NCBI GenBank assembly: GCA_964572825.1
Contig: CAZNGS010000004.1
Location: 29,158-93,157, forward strand
DNA: 64,000 nt
Direction: 5' to 3'
Source: an uncultured candidatus Brocadiaceae bacterium
GTDB lineage: Bacteria; Planctomycetota; Brocadiia; SM23-32
The notes under the pieces are model-generated. The model was given only the letters and a program-made list of their open reading frames with translations. It was not told the origin of the DNA and did not search any database. A program made the translations under genes and the position numbers. Of this stretch, positions 56,433-64,000 are shown piece by piece. Within the stretch, counting starts at the first letter, position 1. Every line of letters starts with the position of its first letter.

Positions 56433-57539
56433 GTGATTCAGAATGAACGGGTGATGTCCCTGAACGACCGGGGCCCCACCTGCGGAGATTACGTCCTGTA
56501 CTGGATGCAGCAGGCGCAGCGGGCACAGTGCAACCACGCTCTGGAGTTGGCGGTGCGCCGGGCCAACGAGGCGGGGCTGCCCCTGCTGGCCGTCTTCGGT
56601 GTCACGCAGCGTTTTCCCGAGGCCGCCGAGCGGCATTACGCGTTCATGCTGGAAGGACTTCGGGAGGCGGCGCGGGCCCTTGCCGAGCGGGGCATCCACC
56701 TGGTCGTGCGGCGGCAGCCCCCCGTTCCGGCCGTGCTCGAACTGGCCGGGCGTGCGGCCCTGGTGGTGACCGACCGCGGCTACCTGCGCATCGGCCGCGA
56801 CCCGGGACGAAGTGGACACTTCGTGGGCGGATACTCGGAGGCGCGGCGTCTCCTGGATGAGTTCATCGACTCCCGGCTGGCTTCGTACGCCGGGGGGAGC
56901 CGGGACCCCGGCCGGAACTGCCTCTCCGGTCTCAGTCCCTACCTGCATTTCGGGCAGATTTCGCCGCTCGAGATAGCTCTACGAGTGCGGGATGGCAAGA
57001 GCGGGTCCGAGGCGGACAAGGAGGCGTTTTTGGAGCAACTGGTCGTGCGCCGGGAGCTTGCCATGAATCTGTGCCACTACAACGAGGGTTACGATTCCTT
57101 CAGTGTGCTACCCGATTGGGCCGGGGAAACGCTGAAGAAGCACGCGGGGGACGCTCGGGACCCCTGTTACGAAGCGGGCACTCTGGAAGCTGCCCGGACG
57201 CACGACCGCTACTGGAACGCCGCGCAGCGGGAGCTCGTCCTCACCGGCAAGATGCACAGCTACATGAGGATGTACTGGGGCAAGAAAATCCTGGAATGGG
57301 TCACCGACCCGCAGCAGGCCTTCCGGATCGCGTTGCACCTCAACAACAAGTATTCGTTGGATGGGCGCGATCCGAACTCCTTCGCGGGCGTTGCCTGGTG
57401 CTTTGGCAAGCACGACCAGGCCTGGGGCGAGCGACCCATCTACGGCAAGGTCCGATACATGAGCGCGTCAGGGCTGGAGCGGAAATTCGACATGGAGGCC
57501 TACCTGCGGCGCGTTAATCAGCTTGATCCCGAGACCTGA
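56433..57539 (+). CDS. phr: class II CPD photolyase homolog lacking about 100 residues between the N-terminal and FAD domains
   Basis: YVLYWMQQAQRAQCNHAL, HYAFMLEGL, LSPYLHFGQIS, THDRYWNAAQRELVLTGKMHSYMRMYWGKKILEW, NNKYSLDGRDPNSFAGVAWCFGKHDQAWGERPIYGKVRYMS. An RBS GGAGG lies 7 nt upstream of the GTG at 56433. See the finding on the internal gap. Confidence 0.8.
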   Translation: MIQNERVMSLNDRGPTCGDYVLYWMQQAQRAQCNHALELAVRRANEAGLPLLAVFGVTQRFPEAAERHYAFMLEGLREAARALAERGIHLVVRRQPPVPAVLELAGRAALVVTDRGYLRIGRDPGRSGHFVGGYSEARRLLDEFIDSRLASYAGGSRDPGRNCLSGLSPYLHFGQISPLEIALRVRDGKSGSEADKEAFLEQLVVRRELAMNLCHYNEGYDSFSVLPDWAGETLKKHAGDARDPCYEAGTLEAARTHDRYWNAAQRELVLTGKMHSYMRMYWGKKILEWVTDPQQAFRIALHLNNKYSLDGRDPNSFAGVAWCFGKHDQAWGERPIYGKVRYMSASGLERKFDMEAYLRRVNQLDPET

Positions 57540-57623
57540 GAACCGGGCCCAGCGTTGACAGCGCGGGTCCGCTGGCTTACCTTGGCGCCGTGACAGAGAC
57601 TTTTTTCGACAAGGAGGACTGAA

Positions 57624-59372
57624 ATGGCGGATACTCCCCGCCCGGAGCATCCCCGGCCGGACCTGAGGCGCGACGACGAATGGTGGCTCAACCTGAACGG
57701 CACCTGGCAGTTTGCGCGTGATCCCGGCGTCTCCGGGGAGGCCCGGGGCTACGCGCACGGCACGGAGTTCGATGGTGAGATCGTCGTGCCTTTCTGTCCA
57801 GAGAGTCGCCTTTCAGGGATCGGAGACCGCGATTTCCACAACTCGGTGTGGTACCGGCGGCTGCTGGACATCCCCGAGCGGTGGCAGGGCCGACGGGTGC
57901 TTTTGCACGTGGGCGCCTGCGATTACGAAGCCACCGTCTGGCTGAACGGCGAGCAGGCAGCCCGTCACCGGGGGGGATACACCCCCTTTACGGCGGAGCT
58001 GACGGACCTGCTGAACGGTACTTCAGGCCAGGACCTGGTGATCCGGGCGGTGGATGAAATACGGTCCGGTGTCCTGCCGCACGGCAAGCAGGCGGAGCGA
58101 TACCACTCCCACGGGTGCAGCTATACCCGCACCACGGGCATCTGGCAGACGGTCTGGCTGGAGGCCGTGCCCCGCACCTGCGTGCGGCGGGTCGACGTCT
58201 GGCCGGACCTCGACTCGGGCAGGTTCACGGTGCGGCTGCACGTGGACGGGGAGAGTTCGTTCAGCGGCACGGTCACGGCACTGGCGGATGGGGAGGCCGT
58301 GGGGCAGAACCGCTTCCAGGGCCGCGGCCGGGGCGCCGTGTGGGTGGCTCTTCCCCTGCAGGAGCAACGGCCCTGGAAGGCCGGAGACGGCTTCCTCTAC
58401 CGGCTGGTGGTCGAGCTGGAGGGCGAGGGCGGCCGCGACAGCGTCACCACCTGGGCCGGCCTCCGGAAGTTCCACACCGAGGGCAAACGTTTCTTCCTGA
58501 ACAACGAGCCGCTATTCCTCCGCACGGTGCTGGACCAGGGCTTCTATCCCGACGGGGTCTACACCGCTCCCTCGGCCGAGGCGCTGGCAGCCGACATCGA
58601 CGCCTCCATGTCGTTCGGCTTCAACGGTGCCCGGCTGCATGAGAAGGTGTTCGAGCCGCTTTTCCTCCACCTGGCCGACCGCAAAGGTTACCTGGTTTTC
58701 GGCGAGTACGCCGACTGGTACAGCCCCATGAACGATGCCGGTTACGTGCACGACATGGTGGACCAGTGGCGCGAGACGCTGAAGCGCGACCTGAGCCATC
58801 CTGCCATTATCGGCTGGTGCCCGCTGAACGAATCCGGCGGCGCCGACCGCACGCTCTACGGCGAATGGCTGACCCGCACACTGTACCGGTGGACCCGGAT
58901 GGTGGACCCCACCCGCCCGGTGCTGGATACGTCGGGCTACTTCCACTTCGAGACCGACGTGTGGGACTGCCACAGTTATCAGCAGGACGTGGAGAAACTC
59001 AGGGCGGCCTTTGAGCCCCTGGCGCGAGGGGACTGGGAGAACGCGTTCACCAACGACCCCCGACAGCTCTCCTATGACGGCAACCGGCCGTACTTCGTCA
59101 GCGAGTTCGGCGGCATCCAGTGGAAGATGGGGCAGACCCCGGAAGGAAGCTGGGGTTACGAACAGGCGCCCCCCACGCGCGAAGAGTTCATGCAGCGGTT
59201 CAGGGGGCTGGTGGAGGCGCTGCTGAACAACCCGGGCATCGCCGGGTTCTGCTACACTCAACTGACGGACATCGAGCAGGAGGTGAACGGACTGCTCACC
59301 TACGACAGGCAGGTCAAGTTCCCCGCCGAGGAGATCGCCTCTATTCTCCGGCAGAAAGCGGCGTGCGAATGA
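57624..59372 (+). CDS. glycoside hydrolase family 2 protein
   Basis: Sugar-binding domain (WWLNLNGTWQF, EATVWLNGEQAARHRGGYTPFTAELTDLL) and a TIM barrel with an acid/base N-E (IIGWCPLNESGG). Confidence 0.85.
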   Translation: MADTPRPEHPRPDLRRDDEWWLNLNGTWQFARDPGVSGEARGYAHGTEFDGEIVVPFCPESRLSGIGDRDFHNSVWYRRLLDIPERWQGRRVLLHVGACDYEATVWLNGEQAARHRGGYTPFTAELTDLLNGTSGQDLVIRAVDEIRSGVLPHGKQAERYHSHGCSYTRTTGIWQTVWLEAVPRTCVRRVDVWPDLDSGRFTVRLHVDGESSFSGTVTALADGEAVGQNRFQGRGRGAVWVALPLQEQRPWKAGDGFLYRLVVELEGEGGRDSVTTWAGLRKFHTEGKRFFLNNEPLFLRTVLDQGFYPDGVYTAPSAEALAADIDASMSFGFNGARLHEKVFEPLFLHLADRKGYLVFGEYADWYSPMNDAGYVHDMVDQWRETLKRDLSHPAIIGWCPLNESGGADRTLYGEWLTRTLYRWTRMVDPTRPVLDTSGYFHFETDVWDCHSYQQDVEKLRAAFEPLARGDWENAFTNDPRQLSYDGNRPYFVSEFGGIQWKMGQTPEGSWGYEQAPPTREEFMQRFRGLVEALLNNPGIAGFCYTQLTDIEQEVNGLLTYDRQVKFPAEEIASILRQKAACE

Positions 59373-61852
59373 CGTTCCGGCGCTGGCAGAAGGTCTTCCT
59401 GACCGTCGCGCTCGTGGGTCTCTCCGTCTGTGCGGTCAGGCCGGAGGCGCCGCCGTGGCGGGCCGACGAGCCGCCCCCGGTGGCGGCCCTGGCGGGGACC
59501 AGCCGGGCGCGCTACGTAGCGGAAGCGCCCCACCCGGGAGCGCCCGCCGAGGCGCGGCCGGGAGACCTGATGATCGAAAACGGCTTCGTGCGGTTCGTCA
59601 TCGCCGCCGTTGAGGACCCCGGCCGGCCCTGTTGGCCGGGCAACCTCATCGACGCCGCGCTGCAGCGTGGCGAGGACGGGATGCGTCTGCTGGAGCCTCT
59701 GCTGGGGGCGGAGCCTCCGCGCAGGCCGGTCTACACGGAGGTAAAGATCCAGAATACGGGCGGGGACGAGGAGCCTGCCATCGTCACGGCTGGCGGTCAC
59801 CTGTTCGGCGCCGGCCGGGTGCGGGTGCGCACCAGCTACTCACTGCAGCCCGATTCGCGGGCGCTGCACGTGGAGACCGAGGTGGAGAATCAGACGGGGG
59901 CCATGCTGAGCCTGTTCGGTTTGCGGGATGTACTGTGCCAGGGCCGCACGGTGCGGTTCGTGCCCGGGATCGGAATGTTTCCCGCGGGACGGCGGGCGAC
60001 CACGCGCTGGATGGCCTTCTGTCGGGGCAGCCACGCGTGGGGTATAGCGGCGGACCGGAGGGGGCCGGAGGTGGAGTCCGACCATCTGGCCGGCAGTTCT
60101 GTGCTCCACTACGGGACGGTGGACATTCCTGCCGGAGAGTCGCAGCGCTACGGCCGGTCCGTGATGGCGGCATGGGGTGGTCCGCCGGCGATCGCCCGGT
60201 TGCTGGAACCGCTGGATGCCCATGAACGCGCCCGGATGGCCATCACGGTGCTGGAGCGCGAGAGCGGCAAAGCGATCCCCTGCGCGTGGGTGGCGCTGCG
60301 CTTTCCGGGGGGGCACGAGTCGCTGGGCGTGTTGACGGATGAGGCGGGCCGGGCGGAGCTGGAGGTTCCCGCCGGCAAGTGCGCGGCGCACGTCCTGGCC
60401 ACCGGCTACCCACCGGCGGGGCCTTTGAAGCTGGGGTGCATCGCCGGAGCGATGCACGAGGTGCCGATGCCGCTTTCGAAGCGGGCGACGGTCCTGCTGA
60501 CCGTTGTCTCCCGGACGGGGGAGGGCACGGAGCCCACCGCCGGGCGCGTCCGGCTCATCCCGCAGCGGCGGACGGCCCGTTGGGCCGTGGACGGGCCGGC
60601 ATTTCCGGGCACTCCCTGGTCCCCCCTGGCGCTGGTCAACGGGCTGGCGGCCAGGCGGATTCCCCTGCCCTGCAGGAGCGAGATTTTCCCCGTCCCGTCC
60701 GTGCTGGTGGCCTCGAAGGGCCCGCTCTACGAGTGTGCCTATGCACGCATCCAGGCAATGCCGGGTGAGGAGCGGGAGCTCCAGGCGGTGCTGGAGCGGG
60801 CGGTTGATCCGGGTGATTACGTGGCGGTTGACTTTCGCCAGCGCACCGCTGCCAGCGCGGACTGCGCCCTTACACTGAAGGAAAGAGCACTGATCAATGC
60901 CTGTGAGGGCCTGGACGCTGCCGTCGTGAGTGACTCCGCTTTCCAGGACCTGTTCCCCAGCGCTGCATCCCCCGAGATGTGCGCCCTCGTGCCCGGCCAC
61001 CGGGTGGACCTGCCCGGCGTGGGGGCGTTCAGCTTTTTCCCCGTGGATGGACGCATCGCCCGCCGCGAGCAGTTCCTCAAGGCGCTACGTTCCGGCGATT
61101 CTGCCCATGACGTGCTGGAGACCATGCGCCAGTTGTTCCCGAAGGCCCTGGTGCAGGTGGACCAGCCCCTGGATGAGTGGCGCGGCCTGCTGGCCGTCCA
61201 GGACAGCGTGCCGACCGCGCAGTTTGACGCCCTGGAGATACTGAGCGGTCACGACGTGGACGCGGCGCGACGGCTCCTGCCGCGATGGTTCTCCATGTTG
61301 AACGACGGCCGGCGCGTCATGGTCACGGGCGGGTCCGGCTCCCGGGGACTGGTGGGCAACGAGGCGGGCTGCGCGCGCACCTTCATCCACTGCCCCGGCG
61401 CCGGCCGGCCGCCCCGCCGCGCGGACGTGATCGACGCCATACTCCGGCTGAAATCCATCCCCAACGCGTTCGTGACGAACGGCCCCTTCGTGGAGGCGGC
61501 CCTGGAGGGTCAGCCCCCGGGCAGCACCCAGACCCTGCGGGCCGGGACCGCCCGCCTGCGGGTGAAAGTCTCCGCCGCCCGGTGGATCGACGTGCAGCGC
61601 GTGAAACTCTACAGGAACGGCGAACTGATCGAGCAGGTGTCCGTGCCCTCCGGGCAGAAGGCCCGTCGGTGCGATCGCACCTTTGAACTCCAGGTCCCGG
61701 GGGACTGCTGGTTCGTCGTGGTGGTCGAGGGGGACAGGGGCCTGGCCCCGGTCTATGGTCCCCGGGGCGGGCCCACTCCGTGGGCGGTCACCAATCCTTT
61801 CTGGGTTGACGCCGATGCCGACGGAGACGTGCGGGTGGGCGGCGGAGGTTGA
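59369..61852 (+). CDS. large secreted hypothetical protein
   Basis: Signal-like N-terminus (MTFRRWQKVFLTVALVGLSVCAV) and a start that overlaps the GH2 stop (ATGA). The composition is protein-like and I recognise no confident family motif. Confidence 0.6.
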   Translation: MTFRRWQKVFLTVALVGLSVCAVRPEAPPWRADEPPPVAALAGTSRARYVAEAPHPGAPAEARPGDLMIENGFVRFVIAAVEDPGRPCWPGNLIDAALQRGEDGMRLLEPLLGAEPPRRPVYTEVKIQNTGGDEEPAIVTAGGHLFGAGRVRVRTSYSLQPDSRALHVETEVENQTGAMLSLFGLRDVLCQGRTVRFVPGIGMFPAGRRATTRWMAFCRGSHAWGIAADRRGPEVESDHLAGSSVLHYGTVDIPAGESQRYGRSVMAAWGGPPAIARLLEPLDAHERARMAITVLERESGKAIPCAWVALRFPGGHESLGVLTDEAGRAELEVPAGKCAAHVLATGYPPAGPLKLGCIAGAMHEVPMPLSKRATVLLTVVSRTGEGTEPTAGRVRLIPQRRTARWAVDGPAFPGTPWSPLALVNGLAARRIPLPCRSEIFPVPSVLVASKGPLYECAYARIQAMPGEERELQAVLERAVDPGDYVAVDFRQRTAASADCALTLKERALINACEGLDAAVVSDSAFQDLFPSAASPEMCALVPGHRVDLPGVGAFSFFPVDGRIARREQFLKALRSGDSAHDVLETMRQLFPKALVQVDQPLDEWRGLLAVQDSVPTAQFDALEILSGHDVDAARRLLPRWFSMLNDGRRVMVTGGSGSRGLVGNEAGCARTFIHCPGAGRPPRRADVIDAILRLKSIPNAFVTNGPFVEAALEGQPPGSTQTLRAGTARLRVKVSAARWIDVQRVKLYRNGELIEQVSVPSGQKARRCDRTFELQVPGDCWFVVVVEGDRGLAPVYGPRGGPTPWAVTNPFWVDADADGDVRVGGGG

Positions 61853-61906
61853 AATGGGCGCCGACCCCTTTAGAATGGCAACCTCATTCTCTGCGGAGGC
61901 CGACTG

Positions 61907-62704
61907 ATGGCGGAGACGAAGCCCGGCGTGGTCATACTGCGGACCGCGGGAACGAACTGCGACCGTGAGACGGAATTCGCCTTCCGACTGGCTGGAGCGC
62001 GGGCCGAACGACTGCACGTCAACGTCCTGCGCGGCGATCCCGCACGCCTCGATCAGTTCCAGGTGCTGGCCATCCCCGGCGGGTTCAGCTACGGGGACGA
62101 TCTGGGCGCCGGCAAGGTGCTGGCCAACGAACTGCTCACCACGCTGCGCGAACCCATCGACCGATTCCTGGACGCGGGCAAACTGATCCTCGGCATATGC
62201 AACGGATTCCAGGTGCTGGTCAAGACCGGGCTGCTGCCCGGTTTCGAGAGATGGCGCCAGGACGCAACCTTGACCTTCAACGATTCGCACAAGTTCGAGG
62301 ACCGCTGGACCTACCTGCACGCGCCCGCCAACAGGTGCGTGCTCGTCGAAGACCGGGAGCGCCTCTACCTGCCCGTGGCTCACGCGGAGGGCAAGTTCGT
62401 CGCGCGCGACGACGCCGTGCTGGAGGAGCTGAAAGCACGCCGGCAGGTCGTCCATCGCTACATCGATCCCGAGGGTCGCTCCGGGGGATACCCCTGGAAT
62501 CCGAACGGGTCGGTGGACGACATCGCCGGCATCTGCGATCCCACCGGCCGCGTGCTCGGTATGATGCCCCATCCCGAGCGCCATTGCCTGCCGGTGCACG
62601 ATCCCCGCTGGCCGCGGCGGGGGCTGGCGGAAGAGGGGGAAGGGCTGAGGCTCTTCCGGCGCGCCGTCGAGTTAGCCCGCGACTGGCTGGCTGCGCCCGC
62701 CTGA
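61907..62704 (+). CDS. purQ: phosphoribosylformylglycinamidine synthase I (glutamine amidotransferase subunit)
   Basis: VVILRTAGTNCDRE, IPGGFSYGDDLGAG, the nucleophile elbow GICNGFQVL, HAEGKF, and MMPHPER. Confidence 0.88.
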   Translation: MAETKPGVVILRTAGTNCDRETEFAFRLAGARAERLHVNVLRGDPARLDQFQVLAIPGGFSYGDDLGAGKVLANELLTTLREPIDRFLDAGKLILGICNGFQVLVKTGLLPGFERWRQDATLTFNDSHKFEDRWTYLHAPANRCVLVEDRERLYLPVAHAEGKFVARDDAVLEELKARRQVVHRYIDPEGRSGGYPWNPNGSVDDIAGICDPTGRVLGMMPHPERHCLPVHDPRWPRRGLAEEGEGLRLFRRAVELARDWLAAPA

Positions 62705-62742
62705 AGGCGGCGGAGCCCGATCCCACCGCGCGGGAGGCGACT

Positions 62743-64000
62743 ATGGTCCCTTACAGCGTCGGCCTGGACTTCGGAACGGAGTCGGCACGGGCGCTGCTGC
62801 TCGACCTGGAGAGCGGTAGGGAGGCGGCGGTCGCCGAATTCAACTATCCCCGCGGGGTGATCTCGGGGCGGCTCCCCGTGGAAGAAGAGGTCCTTCTCGG
62901 GCGGGACTGGTTCCTGCAGGACCCGGACGACTACCTGGCGGCGCTGGCGGAGCTGATACCCTCGGTGCTCCGGAAGGCGGGCGTGGACGGCCAGCAGGTG
63001 GTAGGGCTGGGCCTGGACTTTACCTCCTGCACCCTCATGCCCTGTGACGCGGAAGGTGAGCCGCTATGTCGAAAGGGCCGGTTCCGGGCCGACCCGCAGG
63101 CGTGGGTTAAGCTGTGGAAGCACCACGGCGGGGCGGGGGAGGCGGAGCAGGTGCTGCGTGTTGCCACGGAACGGGGCGAGGAATTCCTCCGTTACTACGC
63201 CGGGACCATCTCCAGCGAGTGGCTCATCCCCAAGGTGCTGGAGACGCTGCATCGCTCGCCGGCGCTCTTCGACGCGGCCCACACCTTCGTGGAGGGGGCC
63301 GACTGGGTGGTCTGGCAGCTTACAGGGGTGCTGGCGCGCAACGCCTGCTGCGCCGGTTACAAGGCTCAGTACGTGGCCGATCTCGGCTGGCCGTCCGCGG
63401 ATTTTCTGGCCCTGATTGATCCTCGCTTGCGGGACCTGTTCGAGGAGAGGATGCCCGGGCAGGTAGTGGCGCCGGGCTCGGTGGTGGGCGGACTGCTGCC
63501 CCGGTGGGCGGAGCGGCTGGGCCTGCCGGAGGGAACTCCGGTGGCGGCGCCGTTCATCGACGCGCACGCCGCCGTGCCGGGCTGCGGCGTGACCGGCCCG
63601 GGGCAGATGGTCCTCGTTCTGGGCACGTCCTTGTGCCACATGCTGCTGGCGGAGGAGGCCAGGTTCTTCGAGGGCGTGGTGGGCATGGTCCGCGATGGCA
63701 TCCTGCCCGGTTTCTACGGCTACGAGAGCGGCCAGACGGCCGGCGGTGACATCTACGCGTGGTTCGTCCAGAACTGCATGCCCGCGCAGTACGCCGACGA
63801 GGCGGAGAGCCGCGGCCTGACGGCCCATGAAGTCCTCACCGAGCGGGCCGCCCGGCTGGAGCCGGGGCAGAGCGGCCTGCTGGCCCTGGACTGGTGGAAC
63901 GGGAACCGCAGCGTGCTGATGGACGCGGACCTGAGCGGCCTGCTGGTCGGCCTGACCCTCGACACCCGGCCCGAGGAGATATACCGCGCCTGTATCGAGG
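62743..64000 (+). CDS. araB: ribulokinase (FGGY carbohydrate kinase); 3' end runs off the window
   Basis: I translated from the ATG at 62743: MVPYSVGLDFGTESARALLLDL..., VKLWKHHGG, ISSEWLIPKVLE, CCAGYKAQY, LVLGTSLCHM, GYESGQTAGGDIYAWF, LDWWNGNRSVLMDADLSG. It is not in the ORF track because it is open-ended. Confidence 0.88.
   Translation, partial: MVPYSVGLDFGTESARALLLDLESGREAAVAEFNYPRGVISGRLPVEEEVLLGRDWFLQDPDDYLAALAELIPSVLRKAGVDGQQVVGLGLDFTSCTLMPCDAEGEPLCRKGRFRADPQAWVKLWKHHGGAGEAEQVLRVATERGEEFLRYYAGTISSEWLIPKVLETLHRSPALFDAAHTFVEGADWVVWQLTGVLARNACCAGYKAQYVADLGWPSADFLALIDPRLRDLFEERMPGQVVAPGSVVGGLLPRWAERLGLPEGTPVAAPFIDAHAAVPGCGVTGPGQMVLVLGTSLCHMLLAEEARFFEGVVGMVRDGILPGFYGYESGQTAGGDIYAWFVQNCMPAQYADEAESRGLTAHEVLTERAARLEPGQSGLLALDWWNGNRSVLMDADLSGLLVGLTLDTRPEEIYRACIE

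Noticed and set aside
1-64000. A search for CRISPR arrays, rRNA genes, tmRNA, RNase P, reverse transcriptases, and integrases adjacent to tRNA-Gln.
   Set aside because: No regularly spaced direct repeats, rRNA-like conserved blocks, RT or tyrosine/serine recombinase motifs were seen. The region after tRNA-Gln leads straight into the dinB promoter with no att-like repeat that I could find.

Overview
This is a visibly GC-rich bacterial chromosomal segment with about 50 supportable genes. The phylum cannot be determined from the sequence alone. Long GC-driven antisense ORFs are common, so strand choice rests on protein motifs and amino-acid composition.

The backbone is housekeeping and carbohydrate metabolism:
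- Replication, repair and core metabolism: priA (open at the 5' edge), tRNA-Gln(UUG), two dinB paralogs, a parvulin PPIase, transketolase, uvrC, phosphomannomutase, a class II photolyase, purQ and araB (open at the 3' edge).
- Metal handling: a YHS/HMA copper P-type ATPase coupled to an amidohydrolase.
- Glycan use: three GH130 paralogs (one frameshifted), a TAT-signal DUF362 protein, GH2, a large GH-like protein, and a Gfo/Idh/MocA oxidoreductase.
- Transport: a TetR-controlled efflux operon (MsbA-like ABC, TolC, HlyD adaptor, MacB-type ATPase and permease), and a GldA/GldF/GldG/DUF4340-type ABC cluster.

The accessory stretch runs from about 26.4 to 34.9 kb. It holds:
- an MntA nucleotidyltransferase with a decayed HepT partner;
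- an intact IS3-family element with a 3-bp target duplication;
- a 155-bp MITE-like element with 15-bp perfect terminal inverted repeats and an 8-bp target duplication;
- a compact module between dinB and uvrC. It has a self-cleaving XRE-S24 repressor transcribed divergently from a translationally coupled Mu-Gam-like / zinc-ribbon / excisionase-type HTH operon, with no integrase, transposase or structural genes.

That last module is my best candidate for something not yet described. It could also simply be a prophage early-region relic.

No CRISPR array or rRNA was seen.
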